Part shown: piece by piece, positions 28,090-41,099 of the stretch | How the letters are laid out: every line of letters begins with the position of its first letter | Position numbering within the stretch: the first letter of the stretch is position 1 | Notes under the pieces: generated by a model | What the model was told of the DNA's origin: nothing | Database searches by the model: none | The model's input: the letters and a program-made list of their open reading frames with translations, nothing else | NCBI GenBank assembly: GCA_050084985.1 | Contig: JBITNC010000001.1 | Coordinates: 144,336,001 to 144,400,000 of the forward strand | Direction of reading: 5' to 3' | Source of the DNA: Nageia nagi | Taxonomy: Eukaryota; Plantae; Pinophyta | DNA length: 64,000 bases | Program-made: the position numbers and the translations under genes

Positions 28090-31000
28090 TCTGCAAATTT
28101 TCCTTAAGAATATGGGGGATGTAATCTTGAGTGATAAATTCATTATCAATTAGAATAAGTGATTATGGAAGGATGAAGGTATTGACATGTGATGGTAGGA
28201 TGAAATCCCTCCTAGGTGTGATGTACATTTCTAATCTTATTAGAAATTTAATTTCTATAAACAAGATGAATGATGTAGATGTAGATTTTAGTTGCAATAA
28301 GACTTTATGCAAGATGGTACATGGATATATAATTTTGGTACAAGGGATTCGAGTTGAAACCTTATATAGGCTATTAGGAAGTGCTATGATTGATAAGCAT
28401 AAAAACTCATCTTTTTCTGAGTCTGAATTAGATGGGACTTTAAATGAAAATTGGAAACTTTAACATCAAATACTAGGATATATTGGAGAAAATGGATTGC
28501 ATAGTTTATACATGAAAGTTATGGTTGAAGGCCATCCTAATTAATGTTCAATGGATTTGGATTTCTATGAGAATTATATTTATGGTAAGTAGAATCAAAT
28601 GATGTTTTTGGATATGATCCTACAAGATCTAAAGGGGTGTTAGATATGATCTATAGTGATGTTTTTGGTCATATTATTGCATTATCCCTTGGAAAATTAG
28701 GGTATTATATTTTTTCATTGATTATTTTTCGAGGTATCCATGGATCTACTTGTTGAGAACAAGACTAATAAGAAAATCAAAATGTTGAGATCTAATAATG
28801 GAGGAGAGTATTGTTCCAATAAATTTAAAGAGTTGTGTAAAAAATGTGGAATTGCAAGGTAGAAGAATACTCCATATACACATGAACATAATGGAATGAT
28901 AGACAAACTGAATAGATATCTTATGGAAAAGGAAAGGAGCATGCTCAGTGGTGCTAGCTTGGCATAAGAATTATGGGCTGAGGTAATAGATACAACTTAC
29001 TACTTATTAAATTGATATCCTACATCAGCATTGCCTTATCAAACTCTATTTGAAGCATGGTTTGGTAAGAAACCCTCTCTATCATATATTAGAGTTTTTA
29101 GTTGTGATGCATATATATATATTCCAAAGGATAAAATGATTAAACTTGATAATAAGATTGTTAAATGTATATTTATTAGTTATAAATATAGAGTAAAAGG
29201 ATTTACTTTGCAATCTACAAACTAAAAGAATTGTTTATAGTAGAGATGTGTTTAGAGAAATGAAAAGTTATCCCAAGAAGGAAGTAACACAAAGGTGTAG
29301 TTTGAGATCATGGAAGATGAGTCCTTCTTAATGGAAGAAGAAGAAGAAGAACTAGAGTACATAGACCAATGTTTAGGAGATCAACATAAAAAAGGAGGAA
29401 ACCTGATAGGTATAGCCCACCTGATTTTTGTTCTTATTTTGCTTGTTATGTTATTGATGAATATCCTAGGATATTTAGAGAAGCAATTATTAATGAAGAG
29501 ATAAATTGTTGGGAAGATACCATGAATAAGGAAATAATGGCTCTTAAAAATAACAACACATGGGATTTGGTAGAATTTCCTACTGAAAGATAGGAAATTA
29601 GTTACAAATGGATCTTAAAGAAGAAGTAGAATGCTAAAAAAAATGTAGAAATATAAAGCTTTACTTGTTACCAAAGGTTATTATCAAGTAGAAGGAATTA
29701 GTTATGGTAAAGTATTTTCTCCTATTGTAAAGTTAACCTCCATAAGATTTCTTATATCTATGGTTACTACATTTGATCTAGAAGTTGAGAAAATGGGTGT
29801 AAAGAATGTATTTCTTGATGGAGATTTGGAGGAATAAATATATATGAGATAGTGTGAAGGATTTATCATTGAAGGAAAGGAGGATATTGTATTTAAGTTA
29901 AATAAATCTTTGTACAAACTGAAATAGTCACCTAGAATGTGGTATTCGACATTTGATACTTATATTTTAGAACTTGATGTTGTTCATAGTAATTCTAATC
30001 ATTATATATACATAAAAAAAATTGTAATGATCTTATTTTCAAAACATTGTATGTTGATGATATGTAACTAATTAGAAATAGTAAGAAAATGATCAATGTT
30101 CTAAAAACTCTGAGACCATAACAGTTTGGTATGAAAGACCTTGGCCCTATAAATTTTATTTTGGGCATGCAAATAAGTAGTGATTATTCAAATAGAAAGT
30201 TGTGGTTGAATCATAAAAGTATGTTGATATTATTTTGAATAGATTCAATATTAAGGATTACAAACCTATAACTACTCTTATTCCTTTAGCTAAAAAGTTA
30301 TCTACTAAATAATGTCTAAATATAGAAGAATATGTTGTGAAAATATCATGTGTCCCTTATACAAATATTGTAGAGAGTTCAATGTATGTCATGGTGTGTA
30401 CCAAACTAGATATTTACCATGTAGTGGGGGTTTTGAGCAGATATGATATATGCTTAAGATTAGTAAAGAGCATTAGAGTATTATAAAGGGGTTTTTCATA
30501 TATCAATACATAGTACAACTACTTTTTTAATATGTTATCAAGGAAAAAGAAAAGGAAAATATTTGGTTGTAGAAGATTTTGTTAATGCAGATTGAGTAGG
30601 AGATATTGACAAGAGAATACCTACAAGTGGCTATGTATTCAACTTTTTTGGATGAGCTATTGGGTAGATAAATGAAAGGCAAGTTGTTGTTATGATTTAA
30701 ACTATTAAAGCTAAGTACATGGTAGTCACTCATGTAAGTAAGGAAGAAATATGGTTGTAGAGATTATTTGTTGATATTGGGTTCATACAAGAAGATGTGA
30801 AGGTGAACTATGATAGATAAAGTGCTATATTTATGGCAAAGAACCTTTAATTTCATTCATGTACCAAGCATATTGATGATCAATATCACTTCATTAGGGA
30901 TATGACTTAACAAAAAAAAAGTATTTTTGGAGAAAGTGGATATAAAGGAAAATATTGTAAATGCTTTGACCAAACTTGTGAAAACTGAGAAATTCAAGTG

Positions 31001-31714
31001 GTGTATAGGAGATATGGACTTGGATAGCCCTAATTCTAATAATTAATATTTTTACATCTCTTCTATAAAGGATTCAACAAGTGGGAGATTGTTGGGTGTG
31101 TCTTATCCTTTGCAGGAAATATCCTAATTAGAAACATTTTACTACAGGGAAAAAATGAAGGTCTTATACTAATCCAAAAAGGCTAAAATTTTAGATATGT
31201 ATTATACACATCTAGACCTTTCCAAAAGTTCTAAGAATTCATAAAATGAGGTTATAAACTAAAATATACAAGCTTTGTAAGTTGATTATTTTTTAGAAGA
31301 TTGCATTTATATTTTTCACATGGAGATAATTAGAGAGTATTATATGGGTGGTTTAACCCATGTTTTTATGTATATGGGTAATTTAACCCATGGTTACATG
31401 TAATTGTATGGTTTATTCTATGATTTATGGGTACAAATGGTTGTAAGCCATGGTATTGAGCCCATGGTATTCTAATACCATGTTGGGGTATTAGGGTTAT
31501 AAGAGTTTTTATATATTGATTATAATGTACCATTTTTGGTAATACAAAGTTGCATGTTGTAAACAATAATATAGAATAAGGAGTGACTCTTGCATGTTGG
31601 AGTAACCCATACTAGGTGAACCAAGGTAAATCCTGTTTTCATTTATGATTATGTATGATTTACTTCAATTTTGCATTATAATTCTAAAATAGGTTTGGAT
31701 AGGACTCTTCAATA
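28090..31714 (+). mobile_element. 5'-truncated degenerate Ty1/copia retrotransposon with 3' LTR
   Basis: Integrase (LRSNNGGEYCS, TPYTHEHNGMID), RT (NNTWDLV, LYVDDM at ~30048, MKDLG) and RNase H (TKHIDDQYHFIRD, NALTK) in copia order. PPT CAAGTGGGAGAT at 31078-31089 is followed by an LTR starting TGTTGG at ~31089 and ending near 31714. Confidence 0.9.
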
Positions 31715-32400
31715 ATCTTGCATTAAGTGCATCCTTACATAAGATTTTCATAATCACAATTTTATTTCCAAAGTCGTGGAAAAGAATTCAATATGATTTT
31801 TTGTAGTAGCTCTTTAGTTAAATTTGCATTGATGAAGAATCTACCTTCCAGTAGTATAGTTTTATTTATACTAGTGGATTTGATTGTGCTTAATGCCTTA
31901 ATTACTTTTACAATTACAATGATAATATTCACATTCTATAATTATAGTGGTAATATTAGGAGTGAGGCCAAGATCAAAATGACCTCAATGTTTTCTTTTT
32001 TAAGCTAGAAAGATATATACCATTTTCAAAGAAATAATCCTTTCCTACCAAAGAACTAGGGATCTCTTTGTAAAAATCCTTCCATATCAAACTCTAAATT
32101 GAAATTGAAGAGTAGGAAATATTTGAAAAAGATGGAAATATCAATATGACCTTTGATTTTCCTTTCAAACTATTTCTATAATTCATCTTAGTTAGGTCAA
32201 CAACTAGTGAACTTACAAGCAATAAGAAATTTTTTTAAAGATTGCCTTACGATTCGATCATCTTATCTAGGATGGTAAGTGTGAAATACCATCTTTCTTT
32301 TTAGGATCGATATGAACATCTATAAGCATCTTTTCCCATTTGATGTTTCACAAACTTAAGTAGTTAGATAGAGTTTCTCTATATTTAGGTTATATCATGG
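31715..32400 (-). mobile_element. Degenerate gypsy gag/protease fragment (probable host of the copia insertion)
   Basis: Minus-strand ERKIKG (ERRxKGLC-like) and ILL..FINANLTKEL (protease-like); same strand as the integrase fragment at 27700-28080. Confidence 0.45.
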
Positions 32401-33355
32401 GTTACAAATCCATAAGGAAATAGAAAGGGCAAGAAGAGTGGTTAAAGAGTAGAAGGAATATAGAAGGGTATCGAGACTATCGAAATGCACATAAAGAGAA
32501 AATTAAAATGATTATACCCTATGTTTTGAGAATTCAAAAATATATTTCCCATATTTTAAGCACATTGATATTTTTGAAGAGAGAGATATGAATTTAATAT
32601 TAGACTCATACATAATATCTTTATGTAATAAAATATTTAGATTCAAATTTAGTGAAAGAAAAGAGCTTAGAGAGATAATGAAAGTGGCTAGAGTATAAAT
32701 AAAAGTGCTCAAGTCAGTATTATAAATGTGAATTTATAATTTAAATATCAAATTCAAATTCTTTAATTATGATTAATTTGAAATAAATGCAAAATAAAAA
32801 GAAAACATGTTAATTGTTTCATATATTGAGGCTTGTAAAAATAGGTGATCATATGAGTTATATCTTCAAGGATTGTAATGAATGCTAAAGGAATATATTA
32901 TGAAGGAATGCAAATGGTTTTAAAGTTTGAAAAATGATTGTAATATATGAAATAATAGAGCTCTTAGCATATTTATGTTCTTTATCTAAGATAAATATGG
33001 CTTAAGATAAGGATTCATATGAGATCAATTAAATAAAAAAATATGATGTTCAGATATATGGAATGATTTATTAAAAAATAAATACACATAAAAATATTAA
33101 GTGATTATTCTTAATGCTTATCAACAAAATATTGCTACGACATTATTTATACATTCTAGACTACAACCTTTGCACTTGTTTTATACTAGCATGATGGTTT
33201 ATTTAGAACTTGTGAAAGTAAAACCTTCCTATATAATTTTCTATTTGATACAATTTTTAATAATTAATAAATTACAAAACGAAATTCATCTCATGTTGTA
33301 TATTCTATAAGAACATTATCTAAATATAACAATTTTGATAAAATAACATAATAAA

Positions 33356-33786
33356 GAAAATTTTACCAAAATACTTTTTATATAAGTTCATAAAATTACG
33401 AAAATACCCTTCAATATTTGAGAATTTCAAAATTAACTTTATAAATTCATGAAATTACAAAAAACACCTCTCAATCTTTGACAATTATGAAAAAACTTTT
33501 AAAAGTTTACTAAATTACAAGAACACCCTTAACTTTTTTCAAATTAATTTAAAATTTTATAAAAAAAATTATAACAATTTAGAAATTTTATAATAACTTA
33601 AAATTTTATAGTAATCTAAATTTTTTTAATGTTCTAAAAATAAAATAAAATAAAAAGTAAAGATATTTTGTAATTTTGAAGTATTTCTAATTTTCAAATA
33701 TTGAAAAATATTTTTATAATTTCATAAACTTACAAAAGTATTTTTGTAATTTCATAAACTTATAAGAATATTTTGATAAGTTTCTC
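33356..33786. mobile_element. Mutator-like foldback MITE ~500 bp upstream of the LecRK start
   Basis: Long imperfect TIRs (gaaaattttaccaaaatac..aaattacgaaaatac versus the reverse complement of gtatttttgtaatttcataaac..gataagtttctc); 9-bp TSD CATAATAAA (33347-33355) / AATAATAAA (33787-33795). Confidence 0.7.
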
Positions 33787-33879
33787 AATAATAAACATAA
33801 GCAAAAGCACCTTTATCAACTAGTAATTTTTTTATGACAAATCTTTTTTTCACGCAAGGAATCTAAGTAGACTCATGAG

Positions 33880-34245
33880 AGGATGTCAAGGTGAAAGAAT
33901 CAACCGTCAAAGGCAAGGAGATTTAATATGGATATCTTATCTTATTTTTGAATTTTAATGGGATAAAAAAATATTTGACTATTCCACACCTCTAGATGGT
34001 AGATTTTGTCCCACTACGACTCAAAAGCTGTTTCTTTCCAAGGCATCATACACATAAAGTTCTCCAATCAAGACTCTCGCCCTCCATAATCTTTTACCCA
34101 AAACACTCTATTCAATATCCAACGTCTGCGCTTTCGTCGCCGTGACGGAACGGTAGAACTGGTAGACTTTACTCATTACGTTGAGTTTTAATATATGGGA
34201 GTTGATTCTTCATCTTAGGCATCACCTCCATGTTATATAAATGGG
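33880..34245 (+). promoter_or_regulatory. Putative LecRK proximal promoter
   Basis: TATATAAAT at ~34234, ~50 bp before the ATG; W-box TTGACT at ~33975; TGAC cores at ~33885, ~33906 and TGACG at ~34143; CpGs retained. Short motifs are weak evidence. Confidence 0.4.
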
Positions 34246-34284
34246 AAATTAGAGTCATAATATGATTATCTTTCAGAAGAAATT

Positions 34285-36297
34285 ATGATGTCTCTTGAGA
34301 AGATGATCACATTTTCTCTTTGGCTCCTGTTGTCATGGCCGTTGGTTGCCACCAAGACCTTCATCTTCAACGAGTTCAACAAATCAAGTGTGTTATTGAT
34401 AGGGGATGCTTTCATACAATCTGAACAAGTGCTCACCCTTACAAATCATTCTCGGCGTTCGGTAGGTCGAGCTCTATACCCAACGCCTGTAAGACTGAAG
34501 AAGAGCAATAGTAGTAACACGGTCGTTTCTTTCAGTACAAGCTTTGTGTTTTCAGCTGTGGTTCCTCCTCAAGACTCTGGTGGGCATGGGCTGGCTTTCA
34601 TCATCACTCCTTCAAAGTCCCTCAATGGCGCCACAGCATCCGAGTACCTTGGCTTACTCAATACTACGACAAATGGACTCGAATCCAACCATCTATTTGC
34701 AGTGGAATTCGACACACATTTGGACGTTGAATTTGAGGATATCGATGAAAACCATGTTGGCGTCGATCTCAACAGCCTGAAGTCTTTCCATTCTCAGCCT
34801 GCAGCCTATTGGATGGATGGAAACAGTCGGAAATTGGATCTCAAAAGTGGAGATAATATCCAAGCCTGGATCGATTACGATCATCTGCAGGACCAGCTTA
34901 ATGTCACTCTTGCATTCGCCGGGATGAAGAAGCCTACGAAGCCACTGGTGTCCGTAACAAAATTCAATCTATCTGGAGTTGTGAGAGAAGAGATGTATGT
35001 GGGGTTTTCGTCCGCTACAGGATTCGGAAACGTTGAAGGCCATCATATTCTCCGCTGGAGCTTCAGCACGGACGGTGAGGCGCCGGTTCTTGATCTCTCC
35101 GGTCTCCCCTCTTTTGTCAGAAAGAAGCCCATCACTCAGTCCCCTACCTTCAAAGCGGCTATTGCCGTAGCAGCTCTGGTTGCACTTATGGTCCCTAGTT
35201 GGTTTGGGTTTCGTTGGCTGAGGAAGCGGAGGATCAGAGAATCTATTGAGGCGTGGGAGTTGGAGTATTGGCCTCACAGGATTTCCTACAACGAGCTAGT
35301 TGCCGCCACACAAGGGTTCCGACAGATCTTGGGTTTTGGGGGTTTCGCTACGGTTTACAAGGGCATTCTTCCCAGAAACCGAGTCGAAGTTGCAGTGAAA
35401 TGCATCACGAAGGACTCCGCCCAGGGAATGAAGGATTTTCTAGCCGAAATTTTGAGTGTGGGTCGTCTCCAGCACAGGAACGTGGTTCAGTTACAAGGAT
35501 GGTGCAGGAAGAATAACAAGCTCTTCATCGTCTACGATTTCATGCCAAACGGAAGCCTTGATAAGATGATATTCGGGAACCCAAAGGAGGTTCTCTCCTG
35601 GCCTCAACGCTACGCTATCCTTAAGGACATAGCGACGGGGCTCTTGTATCTTCATGAGCAATTCGATCAGAAGGTTGTTCATAGAGACGTCAAATCCAGC
35701 AATGTGCTGCTGGATTCGGAGCTCAATGCCAAGTTGGGGGATTTTGGGCTTGCTCGTCTATATGACCATACTCAAAATCCACAAACAACTCGGGTAGTGG
35801 GAACAGTTGGATATATTGCCCCGGAATTTATCCAGACAGGCAAGGTATCTCCAAAATCTGACGTATTCAGCTTTGGGATTGTTGTGCTCGAAGTCGCGTG
35901 TGGAAGGAGGCCTATTGACCAATCCAAGAGCCTGGACCAAGTTGTTCTGGTAGATTGGGTGAGGTTTTTGCATAAGAGAGGAAAACTGCTGGATTCTGTG
36001 GATCCAAATCTCGATGGCAAATTCGACGAAGAAGAAGTAGAGAGAGTGCTTAGAGTGGGGCTTTATTGTTCTCATCCTCTGCCAGAATTGAGGCTTGGGA
36101 TTAGAAGAGTGCTACAGATACTGGAAGGGCAAGCTCCACTTCCAGACTATGAGATCCCTTGCCCATCTTCACTAGAAATGAATTCTGAGCAAAACAGCTA
36201 TATTGTGGATGCAACTGTTGAAGCAGAACCTTCATCATTACCATTTTCTCTGAAGTCCGGGGATTACGAAGATTCTGATAACCAGGTAGGCAGATAG
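34285..36297 (+). CDS. L-type (legume) lectin-domain receptor-like Ser/Thr kinase (LecRK), intronless, 670 aa
   Basis: Signal peptide; legume lectin domain (SFSTSFVF, GHGLAF, AVEFDT, NHVGVDLN, MYVGFSSATG); TM helix followed by RKRR; WELEYWPHR juxtamembrane; complete RD kinase (GFGGFA, VAVK, HRDVKSSN, DFGLAR, GTVGYIAPE, SDVFSFG). Confidence 0.97.
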   Translation: MMSLEKMITFSLWLLLSWPLVATKTFIFNEFNKSSVLLIGDAFIQSEQVLTLTNHSRRSVGRALYPTPVRLKKSNSSNTVVSFSTSFVFSAVVPPQDSGGHGLAFIITPSKSLNGATASEYLGLLNTTTNGLESNHLFAVEFDTHLDVEFEDIDENHVGVDLNSLKSFHSQPAAYWMDGNSRKLDLKSGDNIQAWIDYDHLQDQLNVTLAFAGMKKPTKPLVSVTKFNLSGVVREEMYVGFSSATGFGNVEGHHILRWSFSTDGEAPVLDLSGLPSFVRKKPITQSPTFKAAIAVAALVALMVPSWFGFRWLRKRRIRESIEAWELEYWPHRISYNELVAATQGFRQILGFGGFATVYKGILPRNRVEVAVKCITKDSAQGMKDFLAEILSVGRLQHRNVVQLQGWCRKNNKLFIVYDFMPNGSLDKMIFGNPKEVLSWPQRYAILKDIATGLLYLHEQFDQKVVHRDVKSSNVLLDSELNAKLGDFGLARLYDHTQNPQTTRVVGTVGYIAPEFIQTGKVSPKSDVFSFGIVVLEVACGRRPIDQSKSLDQVVLVDWVRFLHKRGKLLDSVDPNLDGKFDEEEVERVLRVGLYCSHPLPELRLGIRRVLQILEGQAPLPDYEIPCPSSLEMNSEQNSYIVDATVEAEPSSLPFSLKSGDYEDSDNQVGR

Positions 36298-38520
36298 GCG
36301 AATCCGGTAACATGATAGATGGTATGTATCTTCCGTGTACTGTGGCTTAATGTAGGTAAAGTTCAATGCTTGCTTGGTTGATGACTTCCTTTTTCTCTTG
36401 AAATACATTTGTGGCACAAAAGAAAAAGTAAAGAGACAATGTAAGTCAATGTACGTTGTTTTCTTCTTGAAAACGTTTTTCTATTCTAAAATTATGTTTA
36501 AGTGGCGTTACATAATTTCTCTTTTGTAAGTGTACGGTAACTTTGGAGTGTGATATGTGCATTGACTGATCTGATTTGGAATAAAAAAATGAGATGTGCA
36601 TGAGCAAAGCTAGGTGGTCTTCCACGTGATATGAACAATTTCTTTTTATATTTAAGCCTTTAAAAGATGAGAAGTGGTTTGATGGAGAATGTTAGGGCTG
36701 ATTTACTTGATTCAAAAGCGAGAAATTAGTTGATGTCTTTGTGCTTAACAAAATTTTTATATTAAAGAAATAAACATTGAAGAAAGTTCATAGATTGATT
36801 TTTATTGGATACTTTTGAAGATGGTGATAATTTTAGATTAATAAAGAAATAAAAGAGTCAAAATTTAAATAAAGTTTTTTTTTTTTTTTGGATAAAAATA
36901 AGATATTGTATAGAAGTTTCTAAGTTTAAAATAATGTTGATTGATTATTTGTTGCAGTTCTATTAATTTTTCAATTGCAAGTTATGATAAATATAATAAG
37001 ATTATCATAATGCTTAAAAACTGAAATTGAGGTAGAAGTAGTCTTTCAAAATCAAATTATATTTTCATATAAACAAAAATAAATTTTCTCATTTGAAAAA
37101 ATCATCATGAAATCATAACATGTCATTTTTACATGTTTACATAATCAATCATCATTAAAATTTTCAACTATCATTGAAACCTTTTTACTCTATCATTATG
37201 TTCTATTTCTATGACTCACCACTATATTTTTTAGCTTAGAAGCATAGTGCAAAAACTTGATCCTTCTATTAAAGAAATTTATGTATCCAAAATTTACTTA
37301 CTAAGTTGTATACTAATTTCTTGATTGGCAAGTTATATTATAAGTCCTTTTAGAGAACATAGGCCTTAAGACCATCAAGATCAAATAGTATTATTATTTA
37401 AAAAATAATAATATAGTTTTTTAAGATCATACCATAGTTTATATAGATGTTTAATAAAGAGACCATGTCTATAGCTACACATCTATGAAATGTAAGTAAT
37501 CATGTTATATTTCAATTTTCTATTGATAGGAAACTATCAATTCATTTACTTTTAGTATTTGATTAATTACATACAAAATATTTTTATGAAACTGATCATT
37601 AATTTAACTTTCAATTTTTAAAATATAATTTATTATATGCATTGAATCCAAGTTATTTATGCATAATCATGAAAAATGAAACTCACTACGATGACCTTTT
37701 CATCAAGTGGAATTTATATATATATTCGATCCCCCCACTTCCTTGATAGTAATTCATTTAAGATATCATATCTATTCTTGTGAAAGTGGTAAAACTATTT
37801 CTTGTAAATGCTAGTTTTTATGAAAATGTTTGAGTAGAATCTAATGTAAAATACTTCAATATCTAATTATTTCATAATTTTGTAGTATTGATCAAGTTAG
37901 AGGCATCATTATGGTATATTTTCCTTTATCATAATTTTTCAACATGATATATGCATATAGCTCAAATCAATGTGCCTGTATTTCTTAGTTTTTTATCACT
38001 ACCATCAAACAATATCATACCTTATGAAAACTAAAGTAGAAGTACTATACAATTACAAAGCATATTTAGTAATAGCAAGATTACAAGTGTGGTTCATTCA
38101 AAGAATGATATCTATCATCTTATTTCCATTTGCATATGTTTATACGTGGCATATAACCAAAGCCAAAATTCTATGAATAAACAATTCAATATGATAGCAC
38201 TAGTACAATAGATCCATCCCTTCATTGATATATTTAGATCCTTCTTGGTAGACAAAGATATCATGGAATTTTTCTAGAGCATTAAAATGTTTGCATCCTT
38301 ATATTTTATGTTAAGTAAGTTGAATTAGTCTCATGAAAATAAGCATTAGAGATATAAAGATAGTAATCATGAAGCTTTCTTTTAATAGAAGTGCTAAATT
38401 ACTCATAACAATTATCCTCTATTAATTTTATACTATTGGATTTAGCATATAGATTTATATAGAGATGTCTCAGTACAAGATAATAATAATTTATATAAAT
38501 ACATATAAATATAAAGAGAT

Positions 38521-38780
<260 letters not shown>

Positions 38781-38865
38781 AATACATTTCATGACCATCA
38801 TGTTAGTTTTACATCCTATGGTTAAATTTCAATAATATTTTTATGATAGTTAAAAAAGCATCTCA

Positions 38866-39200
38866 AGGATAAACTTGCACAACAACTTCATGACAACAGT
38901 GTGAATACATTTCATATTATCTTATAAGAATTAAATTTCATAACAACTTCATGATAGTAGTGGTAATACATTACATCATGTATTCTAACAATGAAATTAT
39001 ACAACTTTATGATAACAATAAGAATTTTTGTCATGTATTCAAGGAATAAAATTGTATAATAACTTCATTATAGCAATGGGAATACATTTCATCATGCATT
39101 ATAAGAATGAAATTGCACAACAACTTCATGATAATAATAAAAAAAATATTTTTATCTTGTATTATAGGAACAAAATTGTATAATAACTTAGTGATAGTAG
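38866..39200. repeat. ~60-bp degenerate minisatellite, 5-6 units
   Basis: aacaacttcatga..aatacatt..catgtatt..aatgaaattg recurs near 38881, 38942, 39000, 39058, 39119 and 39182. Confidence 0.8.
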
Positions 39201-41099
39201 TGAGCATAATACTTAATTTGTTTAGAGAAGATAAATAAAGGAAGGTTCAATAATAATCAACAAACTTTATAGTAAACACATGTATGTAATGAATTTATTC
39301 TTTTACTTGTATATAGTTTACTAACATTAATATTTATCTCACAAAAAGAAGGGTTCTTATTCCTAAATGGTAGCATCTAAAAATAAAACTTTCCTTTACA
39401 AAGTGCAATAGCAATATGCTATAATTACTTAGGAAAACTAAATATTATTTGTGGATCACTATTAAATCTTCAAGTAAGGATGAATTACTAAAAATATTTC
39501 TAAGTTTTTCTAAGTTTAAATATATGGGGTGACTTGGATTGCATCCAAATTATTTTGAGTAACAAACATTTCAAGAGCATTTCATATACATTTTGGAAAA
39601 TATTAGTTTTATTCCATCAATAACATTTTTGACATGAAATAGGTAAAAACATGATATACTCCATTTGTATACTTAGACCATTTTATCACAAAGATGTGCA
39701 CATATTCATATCAAGATGTGCACATATTCATATCAAGAGAAAAAAGTAGAGTTACTCTAAATATATTTTGCATTAAGAATAGAACTCTAAGTAAGCACAT
39801 AGTAAATTAACAAAATGATATACGAAATGGGTACCACTTTTATAAATAAGTATTTTGTTATTTTTTCTTAGATCCTTCCTCATGTCATTATAAGTGTGTT
39901 GTTTTTCTTCTTCTCTTAGTTATCAACTTATATATCTCTCAATTATGGTACAATAACAAGGTGGAAATCAACAAGGAAATTTATTTCTAATAAATAATAA
40001 AGGGATTCATAATGCTTTGAGAAATGAAAACAAAAACTATATGTGGTATATAAACATGTACATCCCATGTTTTAAAATGGGTAATATTATAAATTTTCAA
40101 ATCAAAGATACTTATTCTAATATGGTTTCAAGACCTTCATTTACTTGCCATTTCATTACTTAGTTTTAATATCATAAGAAATGCCACTCAAGATTTTATT
40201 ACAATATTTCCTATCACCTTTCAATTTACAAGTTTCACTAACTCTATTTTATATGATATAAAGTGTTGCACAAAATATGGTATATCTTCCATAGTTCTTC
40301 ACTTTGTTCAATGGAGTCTATATTTTGAAATGCTAGTATGATATCTAGATAGGCCCAATGGAATTAAAGTCTCTATAAGATCCTCCTTCTTCCATCCCTT
40401 GTTTATTCTTTAGATATTTTCTAGGTTTAAGATTCTTCACTTTATGCTTAATTTTCCAATTCATGTATAGTATCTCTTTCTAATATCTCATCTTGAATCT
40501 CATTTAGACGAGTATCCTATATTACTCCTACATTCTTGCTTGCACTAAAAGATGGTCCAAATTGATCTTTCTTTATTTATCTTATCTCCTTATTCTCCAA
40601 AATGTGTTCTCTCACTCCTTTATCATAGTTTATCATTGGCTTTAATGGTTCTCAAAGTATTTGGGTTTTATGTTGTGTCAAGATTTTCTACTGCTATATC
40701 TCCTACTCCTAAAGTATTGTCTCCTGATAAAGGGTCTAGATTCTTTTCCTTAATTATATCTTTTCCTAAATTTATATTTTCTTACTTCTTTTATCTCTTA
40801 TCATATAAGAAATCCTAATGTCTTCTTCCAACTTCTAACTAATCTTCACTATCTTCTTTTTTATTTTTCTTCTTCTTTCCCATTTCAATTTCCCTAAATC
40901 ACCCCTCTTCTAATATATTTTTATTCCTTTTTAAAACTCTATTATTAAATTAATATTTATTTTTCCTACCATTTTTTATTCCCTTTCACCTAACTATTAT
41001 TTTATTTTATGAGAAGACATATCGTAACCTCATTTAGTCATGAAGTTGAAAACTTTGCTCCATATCTGTCAAATTTCGTAGTTTATATTTATATGGAAA

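Noticed and set aside
34544-36313. Alternative-frame and antisense ORFs within LecRK
   Set aside because: Expected in GC-richer coding DNA; no recognisable domains.
38866-39200. CRISPR-like repeat-spacer appearance of the 60-bp units
   Set aside because: Whole units are homologous and degenerate with no unique spacers; plant genome with no cas genes.
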